A stretch of DNA of 16,313 nt. Origin: Pseudomonadota bacterium (GTDB lineage: Bacteria; Bdellovibrionota_B; Oligoflexia; Oligoflexales; CAIMVM01). Positions within the stretch are counted from its first letter, which is position 1. Each line of letters starts with the position of its first letter. The notes under the pieces are model-generated. The model was not told the DNA's origin, searched no databases, and saw only the letters and a list, made by a program, of their open reading frames with translations. Location of the stretch: contig JBAXBA010000081.1 in assembly GCA_037142195.1 (NCBI GenBank), positions 1-16,313 of the forward strand. Direction: 5' to 3'. Made by a program: the position numbers and the translations under genes. Below are positions 15,102-16,313 of the stretch, piece by piece.

Positions 15102-15978
15102 AAATTTTATCCTTAAAAATAAACTATTTGGTTACAGATTACCCAATTTGGATTCAAAAACTTAACTTCAAAGGCGGTGAGAGCATCTAATGTCCCGAAT
15201 TTATATATCAATAAATAGGCATAAGGAACAGTGATATATCGTTCCTAAGTCAGAGCGAGTATTCTTGCAGACTCATGTGAAAAAGTTTGGGATGAGCAGA
15301 GCGCTATATAGGACGCGTCTCCCGTGAGTAAGTGCGCCGCCTTCATTTCTATGCTGGGCGCCAAACTGGGAATTAAAGACTATTTGCAAAATCCTAAAAA
15401 GTATCACTAAAAATACGTGCAGCTTTTGATTCCGGTTAATAAAGGTACGGTCCCCGATCAGGCAACGGTTTTGGGACATTTGTAGATCACGAAAAAGGGG
15501 TGGGACGTTGTGCGATGCCAGAATATCGCATTCCAGAATGTAAAGGAACAGTCCCCCTAAACCTATCTGAGAGAACGCCTTGCCCCCCAAAAACGAGAGC
15601 CCCAAAAGGCTGGCATCTATGGTGGGTCCCTAGCGGTTCATGGTAGCATTCTTCGGGGATAGAGCATTTGCCTGGTGGTCTCTGAATTCGCTTTTTTGAG
15701 ATAACGCTCAGTCCCCATCCACGATAATTAGCTGAATGTAAGGTAATTGCACTTTTTCCTAAAATCCTCTCCCTAATAGAAAGAACTTATGGGGAGAAAT
15801 CTAACAAAAGTGGGTCACTTAAGCGTAAGTCTCGAATTTTGTCCGATAATAGCATGCCAGGTGGCGCTTTCTGGCGAGCCATGGTAGTAGGATTCTTGCT
15901 CATTCCTATCAGGATTGAGGAAGCGAGATTTTTCTTAATAGAGTGTAGATAGTATGATGATGGGAAGGGGGGGGGCGA

Positions 15979-16313
15979 ATGAACAGTCTTGAGGAATCTT
16001 TAGCAAGGCAAAAGAACTATTTTGCGAGTGGAGCGACTAAGCCAATTGAGTTTCGTATCAAACAGCTTAAAACTCTGTTGCTTACGATGAAAAATATGGA
16101 AGCGGAGATTCTAGCTGCGCTTAAGTTAGACCTTGGAAGATCAGAATTGGAGAGTTTTGCTGCGGAAGTAGGTTTTGTCTATCGCGAAATAGAACACACA
16201 ATAAAAATGCTTCCCAAGTGGAGCAAGATGGAAAGGGTCGGTACCCCGCTCCTACTTGCGCCCGGTCGTAGTTATAAAATTAAAGAGCCCAAGGGTGTCG
16301 TGCTCCTCATTGG
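15979..16313 (+). CDS. Aldehyde dehydrogenase (ALDH3/YwdH-like), 5' part truncated by the window edge
   Basis: Manual translation: MNSLEESLARQKNYFASGATKPIEFRIKQLKTL...ILAALKLDLGRSELES...EVG...PKWSKMERVGTP...EPKGVVLLI, a typical class-3 ALDH N-terminus (DLGR, EP.GVVL.I); not in the ORF track. Confidence 0.9.
   Translation, partial: MNSLEESLARQKNYFASGATKPIEFRIKQLKTLLLTMKNMEAEILAALKLDLGRSELESFAAEVGFVYREIEHTIKMLPKWSKMERVGTPLLLAPGRSYKIKEPKGVVLLI

Noticed and set aside
15223..15552. 10-bp direct repeat AAGGAACAGT (15223 and 15543) as a possible target-site duplication
   Set aside because: No terminal inverted repeats or transposase between the copies; compatible with chance
15273..15605. 110-aa minus-strand ORF
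   Set aside because: Non-ATG start, no SD and no recognisable motifs; it overlaps predicted RNA structure and is probably spurious
15854..15952. 32-aa hydrophobic small ORF (MPGGAFWRAMVVGFLLIPIRIEEARFFLIECR) upstream of ALDH
   Set aside because: No SD and too short to support without conservation or ribosome-profiling data
15102..15978. RNase P, tmRNA, SRP, tRNA or known riboswitch in the long intergenic regions (also 350-1052)
   Set aside because: Their hallmark motifs were not found by eye on either strand; an Infernal search is needed to exclude divergent RNAs such as 6S

Overview
A 16.3-kb, moderately AT-rich bacterial chromosomal segment made mostly of metabolic and housekeeping genes. 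Gene content loosely suggests a deltaproteobacteria-like or Bdellovibrionota/Oligoflexia host, but this is only an inference. In order: 3' end of a fibrillin/PAP-like gene with an in-frame 12-bp (QREA) tandem repeat; a ~700-bp intergenic region with repeated AATCAG/CTGATT motifs and a long hairpin; a stand-alone cNMP-fold protein; the carboxy(nor)spermidine dehydrogenase-decarboxylase operon; a Cys-repeat lipoprotein with a MepA-like (LAS) peptidase domain; cysteine synthase; two translationally coupled membrane histidine-kinase-like genes; an MBL/beta-CASP ribonuclease; purT; a DUF1993 protein; a hypothetical protein; a thioesterase; an M48 lipoprotein peptidase; a cysteine-free glutaredoxin-like protein; a ~880-bp non-coding region with predicted structure; and the 5' part of an aldehyde dehydrogenase. 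The most notable candidate system is the kinase pair. The first kinase has lost the phospho-acceptor His but keeps a canonical ATP-binding domain, while the second keeps the His but has an altered G2 box, suggesting a complementary heterodimeric sensor with no adjacent response regulator. I recognised no rRNA, tRNA, CRISPR array or mobile element. All family assignments come from motif recognition by eye, not from database searches.
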